From positions 14,419 through 78,418 of the IMG/VR virus record IMGVR_UViG_3300045988_111115: a stretch of DNA of 64,000 nt; one strand, 5' to 3'. This DNA comes from a virus. This document shows, piece by piece, positions 50,519 to 59,111 of the stretch. The translations under genes were made by a program, and so were the position numbers. Position 1 is the stretch's first letter, and each line of letters opens with the position of its first letter. The notes below the pieces were generated by a model, which saw only the letters and a program-made list of their open reading frames with translations, made no database searches and was not told where the DNA came from.

Positions 50519-51440
50519 AGAAATAAAAGACAGTGGAGACAGAACAGAGTTTGCTACAGGAGCAGTAAGAGACTTACACGAGGGTAAAGGTCGTTTTGAC
50601 CTTATCCCTCTTGATATAGTAAGTAGGATATTTAATAAAGAGTTTGAAAAGTACAACCCTGTAGCACTTGAAAAGGACTTAAAGCCTGATTATGTTTACA
50701 GGGCAGTAGACAACTTTAAGACTTCGGGTAATGTAACTACTCTTTATGTACTTGCTTACTGCTTTATAAAAAAACTTACAAGCGAGAATACTACACAAGG
50801 AAGTGCTATGTATAAAAGTACTTGGGAGTTTATGCTTGACCTTGCTATCCACTATGAAAACGGTGCTAAGAAGTATGGAGAGAATAATTGGCAGAAAGGA
50901 ATACCTGTACACTGTTGTATAGATAGTGCTTTAAGACACTATACAAAGTACAGAGCAGGTATGACTGATGAGCCACATCACGTTGCTTTTATATGGAACA
51001 TCATAACTGCCATATATGCTATGGAACAGAACAGAGAAGAACTTGACGATTATACTGTGGGCACTTCTAATACAGATGAAAGCTATACACAAGTATGGTC
51101 CAAGACTGCACCTGAAAGACTTATTCATTTAAGCTCAGCAGACGATTGGTATGATTATGCAAAGAATAGTGATGTACACGACTTTGAGAGGTTTATTGAC
51201 TATCTTAGACTATACACAGGTACATTAGACAACGCACTATACCTATACAAAAATGGAAAGCTAAGTGACCTGAAAAAAGATAACCCTCTCGATTACAAGT
51301 GGTTTGTTGATGATTGGTGTACAGGTTATGTAAGAGTTTTAATTGGTCTTATGTGTGCACAAGACTTTTTACAGTTGTCTACAGAAAGCATAAATGAGAG
51401 AGCCGAAAGAGGACTGAATGATAAAGCAAATCTATTTTAG
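50499..51440 (+). CDS. dATP/dGTP pyrophosphohydrolase-like protein
   Basis: FATGAVRD...GKGRFDLIP and [13 protein letters not shown] segments typical of the N-terminal domain of that family. Confidence 0.4.
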   Translation: MCQELSKEIKDSGDRTEFATGAVRDLHEGKGRFDLIPLDIVSRIFNKEFEKYNPVALEKDLKPDYVYRAVDNFKTSGNVTTLYVLAYCFIKKLTSENTTQGSAMYKSTWEFMLDLAIHYENGAKKYGENNWQKGIPVHCCIDSALRHYTKYRAGMTDEPHHVAFIWNIITAIYAMEQNREELDDYTVGTSNTDESYTQVWSKTAPERLIHLSSADDWYDYAKNSDVHDFERFIDYLRLYTGTLDNALYLYKNGKLSDLKKDNPLDYKWFVDDWCTGYVRVLIGLMCAQDFLQLSTESINERAERGLNDKANLF

Positions 51441-51457
51441 CCATAAGAGGTGGTAAT

Positions 51458-51997
51458 ATGAAGAAAGAGAAGTTCAGCATCATATCAAAAGAGTACTACT
51501 CTAACTGTCTTATAGAAGCGGTAAAAGCTAAGCTAAAAGACAGGAAAGTAAGTATAACCTTTGTATCACCTTTTGATAATGAGGAGTTCTGCCCTCATTT
51601 TCTTTGGTCTGACGGTGAGTATGATTATGACTTTGGTTGGGAGCATAGAAGAGTACCTTTATTCTTTGCTTGGACACTACATAGAGGTCATATTCGTAGA
51701 AGAGCTTTAGGTTATAATGAAAGATATAAAAACACTTGTAAGAGGTGGAAAAACAGGCACAAGAAGTTTGCTATGACCTATGAAGAGTTTGAAAAGTGGT
51801 ATAAAGATAGAATTACTGACGGTCACTTAGACTTGGTAACTTCAATCTACTGTTTGTTTATTACAGAGACTTTTGATAAAATACCTGAGAACGAACGAGA
51901 GAAAGTATGGCAAGAAGACTACCGTAGAAAAGTAGTACAAGGTATAGTACTTCCTCTTGATAATAGAGTACAAGCACTAACAGGTCGAAGAACATAG
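51458..51997 (+). CDS. hypothetical protein
   Basis: ORF with an RBS. Confidence 0.4.
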   Translation: MKKEKFSIISKEYYSNCLIEAVKAKLKDRKVSITFVSPFDNEEFCPHFLWSDGEYDYDFGWEHRRVPLFFAWTLHRGHIRRRALGYNERYKNTCKRWKNRHKKFAMTYEEFEKWYKDRITDGHLDLVTSIYCLFITETFDKIPENEREKVWQEDYRRKVVQGIVLPLDNRVQALTGRRT

Positions 51998-52072
51998 GTA
52001 TGGAGGTGATTAAGATGTGATACTATAAACTACTTGAAACACTATAGAATTTATTAAAAGGAGAAGAAAGCA

Positions 52073-53041
52073 ATGCAACTAATTTTAGAGCCAAAAGTAA
52101 AAGAGATTGAGTATGAGGGTCTTACCCCTCTAAGCCTTATTGAACGTGTAGGCAGAACTTGTTATAAGTCAACATCTGAGTATACAGAAGAGACCGCAAG
52201 AAAGTTTTTTAATATGCTTGCAAGTAAAGGTCATTATTCTATGTTTGAACACGCAAACCTTGTTTTTCAGCTTGATACAAGCTATTGGTTTGAAGATGTT
52301 ATAAACTGTACCGCATATGATACTGAACTTATTAATGCTTTGAGGTACTTTAATGTCACTCAATTCGGAGACAGAATACTTATCAGCGGAAGTATAAGAG
52401 CCTTTAATGAGTGTACTATTTACCCTATTCGTAATCTTCTTTGGAAATGCGAAAATGACGGTGAAGAGATATACCATTATGATACCACAGAGCACTTGAC
52501 AAGCCCTTGTCCCTACACAGGTAATTTGAGCGGTGTTAGATACATTAAAGACCTGAACACTCTATCAAAATTGACCTTAGATGAGGTTTTAGCACATACA
52601 TATATGACCCTTGATATTGAGTGTGACAGAGGTATTACTCACGAACTTGTAAGACACCGTAATTGTGCTTTTGCTCAGGAAAGTACAAGATACTGCAACT
52701 ATACAGCTGATAAGTTCGGAGATGATATTTACTTTATGCGACCACCTGAGATAGCTTTGAAAGACCTTAAAAAGTATGAAAAGATGAAGCAGGCATATGC
52801 AGACAGTGAAAAACTGTACAAAGAACTTGTTACAGGAGGACTTGCACCTGAATTTGCAAGAGGTATTTTACCTACCGCTTTGAAGTCGGAGATAGTCATT
52901 ACAGCTAATCTTAAAGAGTGGAAACACATCATTGATTTACGCTATAAGGAGACTACAGGAAAAGTACACCCTCACATTAAGCAAGTTGCTAAGAAAGCAA
53001 AGGAATTTTACGACAAAAAGCTACTTTCAGTAATTGGCTAA
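52073..53041 (+). CDS. thyX: flavin-dependent thymidylate synthase ThyX
   Basis: ThyX signature RHRx7S is present as ITHELVRHRNCAFAQES. Confidence 0.8.
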   Translation: MQLILEPKVKEIEYEGLTPLSLIERVGRTCYKSTSEYTEETARKFFNMLASKGHYSMFEHANLVFQLDTSYWFEDVINCTAYDTELINALRYFNVTQFGDRILISGSIRAFNECTIYPIRNLLWKCENDGEEIYHYDTTEHLTSPCPYTGNLSGVRYIKDLNTLSKLTLDEVLAHTYMTLDIECDRGITHELVRHRNCAFAQESTRYCNYTADKFGDDIYFMRPPEIALKDLKKYEKMKQAYADSEKLYKELVTGGLAPEFARGILPTALKSEIVITANLKEWKHIIDLRYKETTGKVHPHIKQVAKKAKEFYDKKLLSVIG

Positions 53042-53096
53042 TTTAAACACTAAAGAGGGTACAGTTATAAAACACTGTACCCTCTTAAATTACTAC

Positions 53097-53125
53097 TTGC
53101 AATTTAATACAATACGTGGTATAAT
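53097..53125 (+). promoter_or_regulatory. promoter TTGCAA-17-TATAAT with TGn extension, preceded by a hairpin at 53054-53083
   Basis: Consensus-like hexamers and an extended -10 TGGTATAAT. Confidence 0.5.
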
Positions 53126-53178
53126 GCACTTAAAATAAAGCCTTGTGTAAAGGTATAATATTGAAAGGAGTAGTAAAC

Positions 53179-53625
53179 GTGAAGTTTAAAGTAACACAAA
53201 AGGGTTTAGCTAATGCAGAGCAAGTACACGAGAGCAATGTTAAGAAAGGCAGAAGAAGTAAAGTCAAAGGTAGCAACTTTGAGAGAGACGTAGCCAAGAA
53301 GTTTAAATCGGTCTACAAAGAAGACTTAACACGTACACCACAAAGTGGTGGTTTCTCTAAGAAGTCTGAAAAGGCTGATGATTTCAGGGGTGATATTGTA
53401 TGTCTTAATCCTGATGTCGATATGCAGGTACACGTTGAGTGTAAAAATGCAAAGACTTGGAGCTTACCTAAGTGGCTTGAACAAGCTGAAAATGATTGTC
53501 CTAAAGGGAAAGTTCCTGTAGTAGTGTTCCATAAACACGGTACATCTAAAGACTACATAGCTTTATCCTTAGAGGACTTTTTTAGTTTAGTGCCTAAGGA
53601 AGCAATCTTCAAGGAGGTAAAGTAG
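53179..53625 (+). CDS. PD-(D/E)xK nuclease, Hjc-like (paralog of 46890-47366)
   Basis: GSNFERDV...GDIVCL...VECKN. GTG start after GAAAGGAG. Confidence 0.45.
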   Translation: MKFKVTQKGLANAEQVHESNVKKGRRSKVKGSNFERDVAKKFKSVYKEDLTRTPQSGGFSKKSEKADDFRGDIVCLNPDVDMQVHVECKNAKTWSLPKWLEQAENDCPKGKVPVVVFHKHGTSKDYIALSLEDFFSLVPKEAIFKEVK

Positions 53626-53626
53626 T

Positions 53627-53992
53627 ATGCACAGTGTATTGTTGTATAGCTTGATAATTGTTATTATTGTACTTATAATACTTTGTATAGTGTATCAGGT
53701 ACTTAGACCCATAGTGGTTTGCGGTGATAGTATGTTCCCAACTCTAAAAGAGAATGACATATTCTTTGCAGTAAGGGTAACTAAGCATACAGAGTTTAGA
53801 GTAGGAGAGATATACATATACCGTCCACCATATTCAAATGGTAGAAAGCACTATGTTATTAAGAGACTGACACGCATTGAACCCTACAGTAAAAAACTGT
53901 ACTTTGAGGGAGATAACAAAGATGTAAGCTTTGACAGTAGAGCATATGGCTATATATCTCGTGAGGACGTTAAGTTTCGTGTATTAGTTTAG
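53627..53992 (+). CDS. type I signal peptidase (S26 family)
   Basis: N-terminal TM helix, catalytic Ser box GDSMFPTL, Lys box VIKRL, and box E GDNKDVSFDSRAYG. Confidence 0.7.
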   Translation: MHSVLLYSLIIVIIVLIILCIVYQVLRPIVVCGDSMFPTLKENDIFFAVRVTKHTEFRVGEIYIYRPPYSNGRKHYVIKRLTRIEPYSKKLYFEGDNKDVSFDSRAYGYISREDVKFRVLV

Positions 53993-54009
53993 AAAGGAGT
54001 AGTAATTCA

Positions 54010-54294
54010 GTGAAAGAATTAAAGCAGATTAAAGTATCAGGTAGCACTTCGGTACATCAACTTGCAAGCAGTATTGTAAAGTTCATCAATGAGGGTTATG
54101 ATATTGAAGTAAGAGCCTTAGGTGCAAGTGCTGTAAACCAAATGTACAAAGGTGTAACCATTGCACGAGGTACTGTAGCACAGAAAGGTAAAGACCTTTT
54201 AATTAAACCAGGTTTTGCTGATGTTACCGAAACAGACAAAGACGGTAATGATAAGTCTAAGACAGTAATGGTTGCACATCTTGTCATTGGCTAA
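54010..54294 (+). CDS. spoVS: SpoVS-family protein (stage V sporulation protein S homolog)
   Basis: Recalled similarity to the SpoVS consensus along the full length: LKVS..S...LA..I...I.E....E..A.GA.A.NQ..K...IARG. Confidence 0.65.
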   Translation: MKELKQIKVSGSTSVHQLASSIVKFINEGYDIEVRALGASAVNQMYKGVTIARGTVAQKGKDLLIKPGFADVTETDKDGNDKSKTVMVAHLVIG

Positions 54295-54307
54295 GGAGGA
54301 CAGCAGA

Positions 54308-54697
54308 ATGAAGAACATCACAGTAACAAAGAGATTTACTTTTGAAGCAAGTCATAACCTTATTAAGTATGAGGGTAAGTGCTCTAACTTACACGGTCAT
54401 TCCTATAAGTTAGAGGTATCTTTTACAAGTGAGTCGAGATTGAATAGCCAAGGTATGGTGTTAGACTTTAATCTCATTGATGAGATAGTAAAACCTATAG
54501 TAGATAGGTACGACCACCACTATTTAAACGACTTCTTCTCTAACCCGACCGCAGAAGTTATGGCAGGAAGCATTTTTAATGAGATACAGTACATCTTAAG
54601 TGATAGGAATAACATTCCGAACTTTGAGGGTATTTACATTTCAGAAGTTAAGCTGTGGGAGACTGAGAAATGCTTTGTGTCCGTAAAGGGGGATTGA
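54308..54697 (+). CDS. queD: 6-carboxytetrahydropterin synthase QueD
   Basis: CxxxHGH motif (CSNLHGHSYKLEV). ATG 54308 follows GGAGGA. Confidence 0.75.
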   Translation: MKNITVTKRFTFEASHNLIKYEGKCSNLHGHSYKLEVSFTSESRLNSQGMVLDFNLIDEIVKPIVDRYDHHYLNDFFSNPTAEVMAGSIFNEIQYILSDRNNIPNFEGIYISEVKLWETEKCFVSVKGD

Positions 54698-54699
54698 AA

Positions 54700-54837
54700 A
54701 TGCAAGGACTAAGATACCACAAACAAGCTAAATGTAAGTACTGCAAAAAGCCGATTATGCTAAGCAGAGCATTAAACCTAAGTGAGCAGAAAAACTATGT
54801 CTGTCCTGACTGTCGTAGAGAGGGGGTACGTAGTTAA
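54700..54837 (+). CDS. 45-aa zinc-ribbon protein
   Basis: CKYC...CPDC, RBS AAGGGGGA, and an end abutting the queE start. Absent from the ORF track. Confidence 0.4.
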   Translation: MQGLRYHKQAKCKYCKKPIMLSRALNLSEQKNYVCPDCRREGVRS

Positions 54838-55488
54838 ATGCTATACTATGATGAGGTGTTCCAAAGTATTCAAGGTGAGAGTACTTCCGCAGGTCTACCT
54901 TGTGTATTTGTAAGACTGTTTGGTTGTAATGTAGGTTGTTCCTATTGCGACCAACCACAAAAGAAAGAGCAGAAAAAGCGTATAAGCGTTGACAAACTCA
55001 TAAATAAAATACTAAGCTACCATATACCAAGGGTATGTATTACAGGAGGAGAGCCTTTATTGCAACAGGAAATATATCCTGTAGTATATGACCTTGTTAA
55101 AAGGGGTTATGATGTATCTATTGAGACAAGCGGTTGTGTTCCGATTGATAACGACGGTTATGTCAGAAAACATAAATACATTATGGACGTTAAGTGCCCA
55201 AGTAGCAAAGTATCACATAAGAATATTTTTGATAACCTTGCTAAACTGCATTTAATAGATGAGGTTAAGTACGTTATTAAGGATAGAGCTGACTATGATT
55301 TTGCAAGGGACATTATGAGAAAGTACCCTACAAATGCAAAGGTACTTTTCAGTCCTGTAATGGAACTTGATGAAAATGGTACTTGGAAATGTGCCGTTTC
55401 TAAAGACCTTGTTAAGTGGGTATTAGAAGACGGGCTAACCAATGTACGTATTCAAGTACAACTACATAAATTTTTGGAGGTGCAGTAA
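54838..55488 (+). CDS. queE: 7-carboxy-7-deazaguanine synthase QueE (radical SAM)
   Basis: CNVGCSYCD cluster and GGEPLL. Confidence 0.75.
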   Translation: MLYYDEVFQSIQGESTSAGLPCVFVRLFGCNVGCSYCDQPQKKEQKKRISVDKLINKILSYHIPRVCITGGEPLLQQEIYPVVYDLVKRGYDVSIETSGCVPIDNDGYVRKHKYIMDVKCPSSKVSHKNIFDNLAKLHLIDEVKYVIKDRADYDFARDIMRKYPTNAKVLFSPVMELDENGTWKCAVSKDLVKWVLEDGLTNVRIQVQLHKFLEVQ

Positions 55489-55919
55489 TGTTAGACAGAG
55501 AGCCTATAAAAGACTTTAGAGATGAACAGGAACTAAATAGCTGTTTAGAAGAGTGGCAGAGAATACTCTACCTTGATGATTGGGTTATTCAAGCACGTCT
55601 CATAGACCGCCCCTCTTTGGAAGAGATGAGTGGTGAAAATCTACAAGGAAGAAATGAATTTAACATCATAAATAAGTCCTCTGTAATTTATGTAATAAAA
55701 GCAGATGATTATGCTAACTCTACTGTGCGGAAATACTGTGCAGAGAAAGTACTTGTACACGAACTATTGCACTGTAAGTATAATTGGCTAAGTCCTCCCA
55801 ATACCTTAGAGGGTAGGTACTTTGATACCCTTGAACATCAGCTTTTAGAAGATATGGCAAAGTCTTTAATACTTGCCCGATACAATATAACTAAAGATTG
55901 GTTTAGGAATATTGGGTAG
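55488..55919 (+). CDS. hypothetical protein with HExxH motif
   Basis: VLVHELLHC. Confidence 0.35.
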   Translation: MLDREPIKDFRDEQELNSCLEEWQRILYLDDWVIQARLIDRPSLEEMSGENLQGRNEFNIINKSSVIYVIKADDYANSTVRKYCAEKVLVHELLHCKYNWLSPPNTLEGRYFDTLEHQLLEDMAKSLILARYNITKDWFRNIG

Positions 55920-56190
55920 ACAAGTCTATCACTGCGGAGAATTTAAAATCTACAGAGCAGGTAAAGGGTACATAGTACATAATACAAACAAGCCTTTTAA
56001 GAGAGGTCATACTCATATAAATGACTTCTCTACAGCAAAGTATATAATACATCTTAGCAGACATAAGTTGATACCTAAGCACTTATCTATTTACCTTTGG
56101 GTGAGCCTTGAAAGAATAAGTGTTAATAAGGAATACTGCAAGAAGCTAAGATGTATCATAGAAGATAAAACTATAAATAACCAATTTTAA
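55912..56190 (+). CDS. hypothetical protein
   Basis: ORF within the modification cluster. Confidence 0.35.
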   Translation: MGRQVYHCGEFKIYRAGKGYIVHNTNKPFKRGHTHINDFSTAKYIIHLSRHKLIPKHLSIYLWVSLERISVNKEYCKKLRCIIEDKTINNQF

Positions 56191-56203
56191 GGAGGAAAAC
56201 AAA

Positions 56204-56482
56204 ATGGCAAACAAAAACGAACTAATTGAACGTGTATCAAAAGAAATGGGTGTTTCACTTACTCAAGCAAAGACAGCAGTAAACGCAGTACTTCAAGGTA
56301 TTGGTGATACAGTTATTGAAAATGGCAGACTTCAACTTGTTGGTTTCGGCACTTTTGAGGTAAGAGACAGAGCTGAAAGAAAGGGTAAAAACCCTCAGAC
56401 AGGTAAAGAAATGACTATCCCTGCAACAAAGGTATTTGCTTTTAAAGCAGGTAAGACATTGAAAGATAAGCTAAACGCTTAA
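56204..56482 (+). CDS. hup: HU-family histone-like DNA-binding protein
   Basis: Full-length HU signature (NKNELIERVS...GFGTFEVRDRAERKGKNPQTGKEM...FKAGK). Confidence 0.85.
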   Translation: MANKNELIERVSKEMGVSLTQAKTAVNAVLQGIGDTVIENGRLQLVGFGTFEVRDRAERKGKNPQTGKEMTIPATKVFAFKAGKTLKDKLNA

Positions 56483-56502
56483 GCCGAATAAAGCAGAGAA
56501 AA

Positions 56503-56533
56503 CAGGGTTAGTATTTAATGCTGACCCTTTTTC
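56503..56533 (+). terminator. weak rho-independent terminator after hup
   Basis: AGGGT...ACCCT 5-bp stem followed by TTTTTC. Confidence 0.35.
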
Positions 56534-56556
56534 TATACACTGAAAGGAGAATATAA

Positions 56557-58251
56557 ATGGATAATGATAAAGTAGTAGCATTATGTAGTGGAGGTTTTGA
56601 TAGTATAGTACTACTCCACGACTTACGACATAACAACCCTGACTTAGAAATACATACACTGTTCTTTGATTACGGTCAGAGAAATAAGGTAGCAGAGCAA
56701 AGGTGTGCCGAAAAGGCTTCAAGAAAGCTAAAGTGTACACTACACATAGTAAAGATACCACCAATATCTTGGACTAACAGTAACTTCTATGGTGAAGACT
56801 TTAAAGACGCACCTACACAGTACTTAGAGTATCGCAATTTAATCTTTTTCTCTTATGCCCTGTCATTAGCACAGAGTTATGGAGCAACAGGAATTTATGC
56901 CGCCATACTGAAATCACATTGGGGATATGCTGATACCTCTAAAGAGTTTATAAGTGCTTTAAATACACTGTCTGAGCTACAAGGTATTTCAATATTTACA
57001 CCTTATGCAGATGTAGATAAGAATGCACTCGGTCCTTTAGCATTTGAGTATGGTGTATATGTAGGCGATTGGTTTTCTTGCGACACACCAAAGGTAGATG
57101 AACAAGGCTTACTTGTACCTTGTGGTGAGTGCCCTGATTGTGTAACTCTAAAGAGGTTTGAATATCAGTTGAGTAAATCGCCTGTACGTGAAGCCTTTGT
57201 AAATGGGAAAGTAGACACAACTACACAGAAGTTTCAGGAGAGCTTAAGAGAGTACCCTATAAGAGAATTAAGGGTACTGACTAATAACTCTTGTCAACTT
57301 AAATGCCCCCATTGCTTCTATGGCTTTGATAAGATGAAAGGAGACCCTTTAACATATGATGAGATGTATTGGGTAATAAAGCAAGCTATTAATGACATAG
57401 GTGTTAAGAGTTTGCACTATGCAGGTAAAGAGCCTTTGTTCAATAGAGATATTTGGAGATACATAGAGAGGGTACGACAGGAATACCCTAACATAGAACA
57501 GAGTATTGTTACTAATGGTATAAACGTCACAAGAGACCTTGACTTGATTGTTAAGAACAAGGTAGAACTCTTTCTAAGTATAGATAGTAGCATTTTAAAA
57601 TCTACTGAGGAGCATATCAGAGATATAGTAGTAACACAAGACCTATTGAATGTCCTAAGAAATAAGGGAGTACCTGTAACAGTCTTTATAGACTTACACG
57701 AGGGTACTTATGATAAGGTATATGAACTAATAGACACTCTGAGAAAGAATTGCGGAGTAAGTAATTTTCATATACGTACTCTAAGACCCATAGGAAATGC
57801 TAAAAAGAATAACATAATGCTAAGTGAGGATAAAGTGATGTACGCTTTAGTACAGGCTTATACCTACTGCAAGTGCTATCCTAATGAGGACTTTAAGATA
57901 ACTGTAGATGTAGGCTTAGACTACTCAACAAAGTTGCTACAGGTAGATAATGAGATTACTCGACTAAGCAAAGAGAATTTTGTAAAAGGTTATTTGAATA
58001 TAGCTAAAAACTTCTCTATCTCTTGGGAGTTATTCTGTAATAAATATGTACATACACTTACTGTATCTCCTGACGGATATATTTTTGGTTGTGGTATGGA
58101 ACTTGCTAATGCAGATTATGATAAAATTTCTGTAGGAAATGCTCGTGAGTACACCTTAAAGACACTGCTTGCTATAGGTAAAGAGAAGAGCGTTAGTATC
58201 AATAAGGACATCTGTAAGGGTGATTGTATCACTTGCAAATTTAATAAGTAA
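56557..58251 (+). CDS. queC: QueC (7-cyano-7-deazaguanine synthase) fused to a radical-SAM/SPASM-like domain
   Basis: PP-loop LCSGGFDS and QueC zinc site SCDTP...CGECPDC in aa 1-210. Then CQLKCPHCFY (CxxxCxxC), AGKEPLF, and a C-terminal Cys cluster CG...CKGDCITC. Confidence 0.7.
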   Translation: MDNDKVVALCSGGFDSIVLLHDLRHNNPDLEIHTLFFDYGQRNKVAEQRCAEKASRKLKCTLHIVKIPPISWTNSNFYGEDFKDAPTQYLEYRNLIFFSYALSLAQSYGATGIYAAILKSHWGYADTSKEFISALNTLSELQGISIFTPYADVDKNALGPLAFEYGVYVGDWFSCDTPKVDEQGLLVPCGECPDCVTLKRFEYQLSKSPVREAFVNGKVDTTTQKFQESLREYPIRELRVLTNNSCQLKCPHCFYGFDKMKGDPLTYDEMYWVIKQAINDIGVKSLHYAGKEPLFNRDIWRYIERVRQEYPNIEQSIVTNGINVTRDLDLIVKNKVELFLSIDSSILKSTEEHIRDIVVTQDLLNVLRNKGVPVTVFIDLHEGTYDKVYELIDTLRKNCGVSNFHIRTLRPIGNAKKNNIMLSEDKVMYALVQAYTYCKCYPNEDFKITVDVGLDYSTKLLQVDNEITRLSKENFVKGYLNIAKNFSISWELFCNKYVHTLTVSPDGYIFGCGMELANADYDKISVGNAREYTLKTLLAIGKEKSVSINKDICKGDCITCKFNK

Positions 58252-58264
58252 CCCTCTTGACAAG

Positions 58265-58293
58265 TATTCAAAGGTATGGTAGTATTTAGACAT
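58265..58293 (+). promoter_or_regulatory. promoter TTGACA-17-TAGTAT with TGn extension
   Basis: Consensus -35 and an extended -10. It is followed by a ~95 nt leader. Confidence 0.45.
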
Positions 58294-58385
58294 AGACATA
58301 AGTAGGTGCTGAGGTTTCATATTTCCCTCACACTGTGTATAAGTCCTTATGCCTTAAAATATGTTGTGAAAGGAGGGTGTTTATT

Positions 58386-58568
58386 ATGCTATTCTTGAAA
58401 GTATATGCAGAAAGTGGCGACAGTAACGGCAACGGAAACCGTAGAGGCTTTGACAGAGACGACGGTGGTGTAGGTGGTCTTCAACCTACTACACGTGCAG
58501 GTGCAAGAGCTGTAGGCAATCGTATTACTCGCGGTGGCGGTGGTAGAACTGGCAGAACTGGCAGATAA
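58386..58568 (+). CDS. 60-aa Gly/Arg-rich micro-protein
   Basis: Strong RBS GAAAGGAGGGTG, its own promoter and terminator, a local GC island, and the sequence ...GGGGRTGRTGR. Confidence 0.5.
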   Translation: MLFLKVYAESGDSNGNGNRRGFDRDDGGVGGLQPTTRAGARAVGNRITRGGGGRTGRTGR

Positions 58569-58589
58569 GTAGGATAATACCCTGCGTGA

Positions 58590-58627
58590 CCCCAAAGGGA
58601 GTTTATTCCTTTTGGGGTTTTATTTTT
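58590..58627 (+). terminator. rho-independent terminator
   Basis: CCCCAAAGGG...CCTTTTGGGG followed by TTTTATTTTT. Confidence 0.65.
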
Positions 58628-58644
58628 AGAAAGGAGAATTTAAT

Positions 58645-58872
58645 ATGAGTAAGAAAATCACAACACCTGCAACAGTAGGCAAATTTAACCCAAATGGTAT
58701 TGAAGTAGACCCACAGTCTACACCTGTAGATGCTTATACAGCTACTGCTAAACCTTTTTCAGGGGATAACAAAGCTACAGTAGGCAAACTTCCACAGAAG
58801 TATTCTAAAGGTCTTTTGAACATTGACCCTCAGGTTACTATGCCTTGTTGCTACACAAAGACAGTAAATTAA
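58645..58872 (+). CDS. small protein with repeated ATVGK motif and C-terminal CC
   Basis: Strong RBS, and PATVGKFNP plus KATVGKLPQKY plus MPCCYTK. Confidence 0.45.
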   Translation: MSKKITTPATVGKFNPNGIEVDPQSTPVDAYTATAKPFSGDNKATVGKLPQKYSKGLLNIDPQVTMPCCYTKTVN

Positions 58873-58882
58873 GGAGGATAAA

Positions 58883-59102
58883 TATGAAGATAGAAGATTA
58901 TGATTGGAGAACAATAGAAGATGGTAATACACTTGTAAGGGCGGCAGAGATACAAGGTGACCCTGAACGTCTTGCAATGGCACAAGCATACCTAAATGCA
59001 CAGCAGTCGGCTACAAGAGTAGCTTTAGGTAAGAAGCCTACGGGTTCCGCACCGTCACGCAGAAATAAAGCTACTATCGGTAGTCTACCACAAAACTTTT
59101 AA
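58883..59102 (+). CDS. small protein ending KATIGSLPQNF
   Basis: RBS AAGGAGGA, and a C-terminal motif shared with the preceding gene. Confidence 0.45.
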
Positions 59103-59111
59103 TTACAAGGG

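Noticed and set aside
58290-58385. preQ1 riboswitch in the leader of the Gly/Arg peptide
   Set aside because: The hairpin is not followed by the A-rich tail or conserved loop of preQ1-I. No convincing match by eye. It needs an Rfam scan.
58389-58595. Minus-strand 68-aa Ser/Thr/Ala-rich ORF
   Set aside because: It is the reverse complement of the + strand Gly/Arg ORF. The + strand has the RBS, promoter and terminator.
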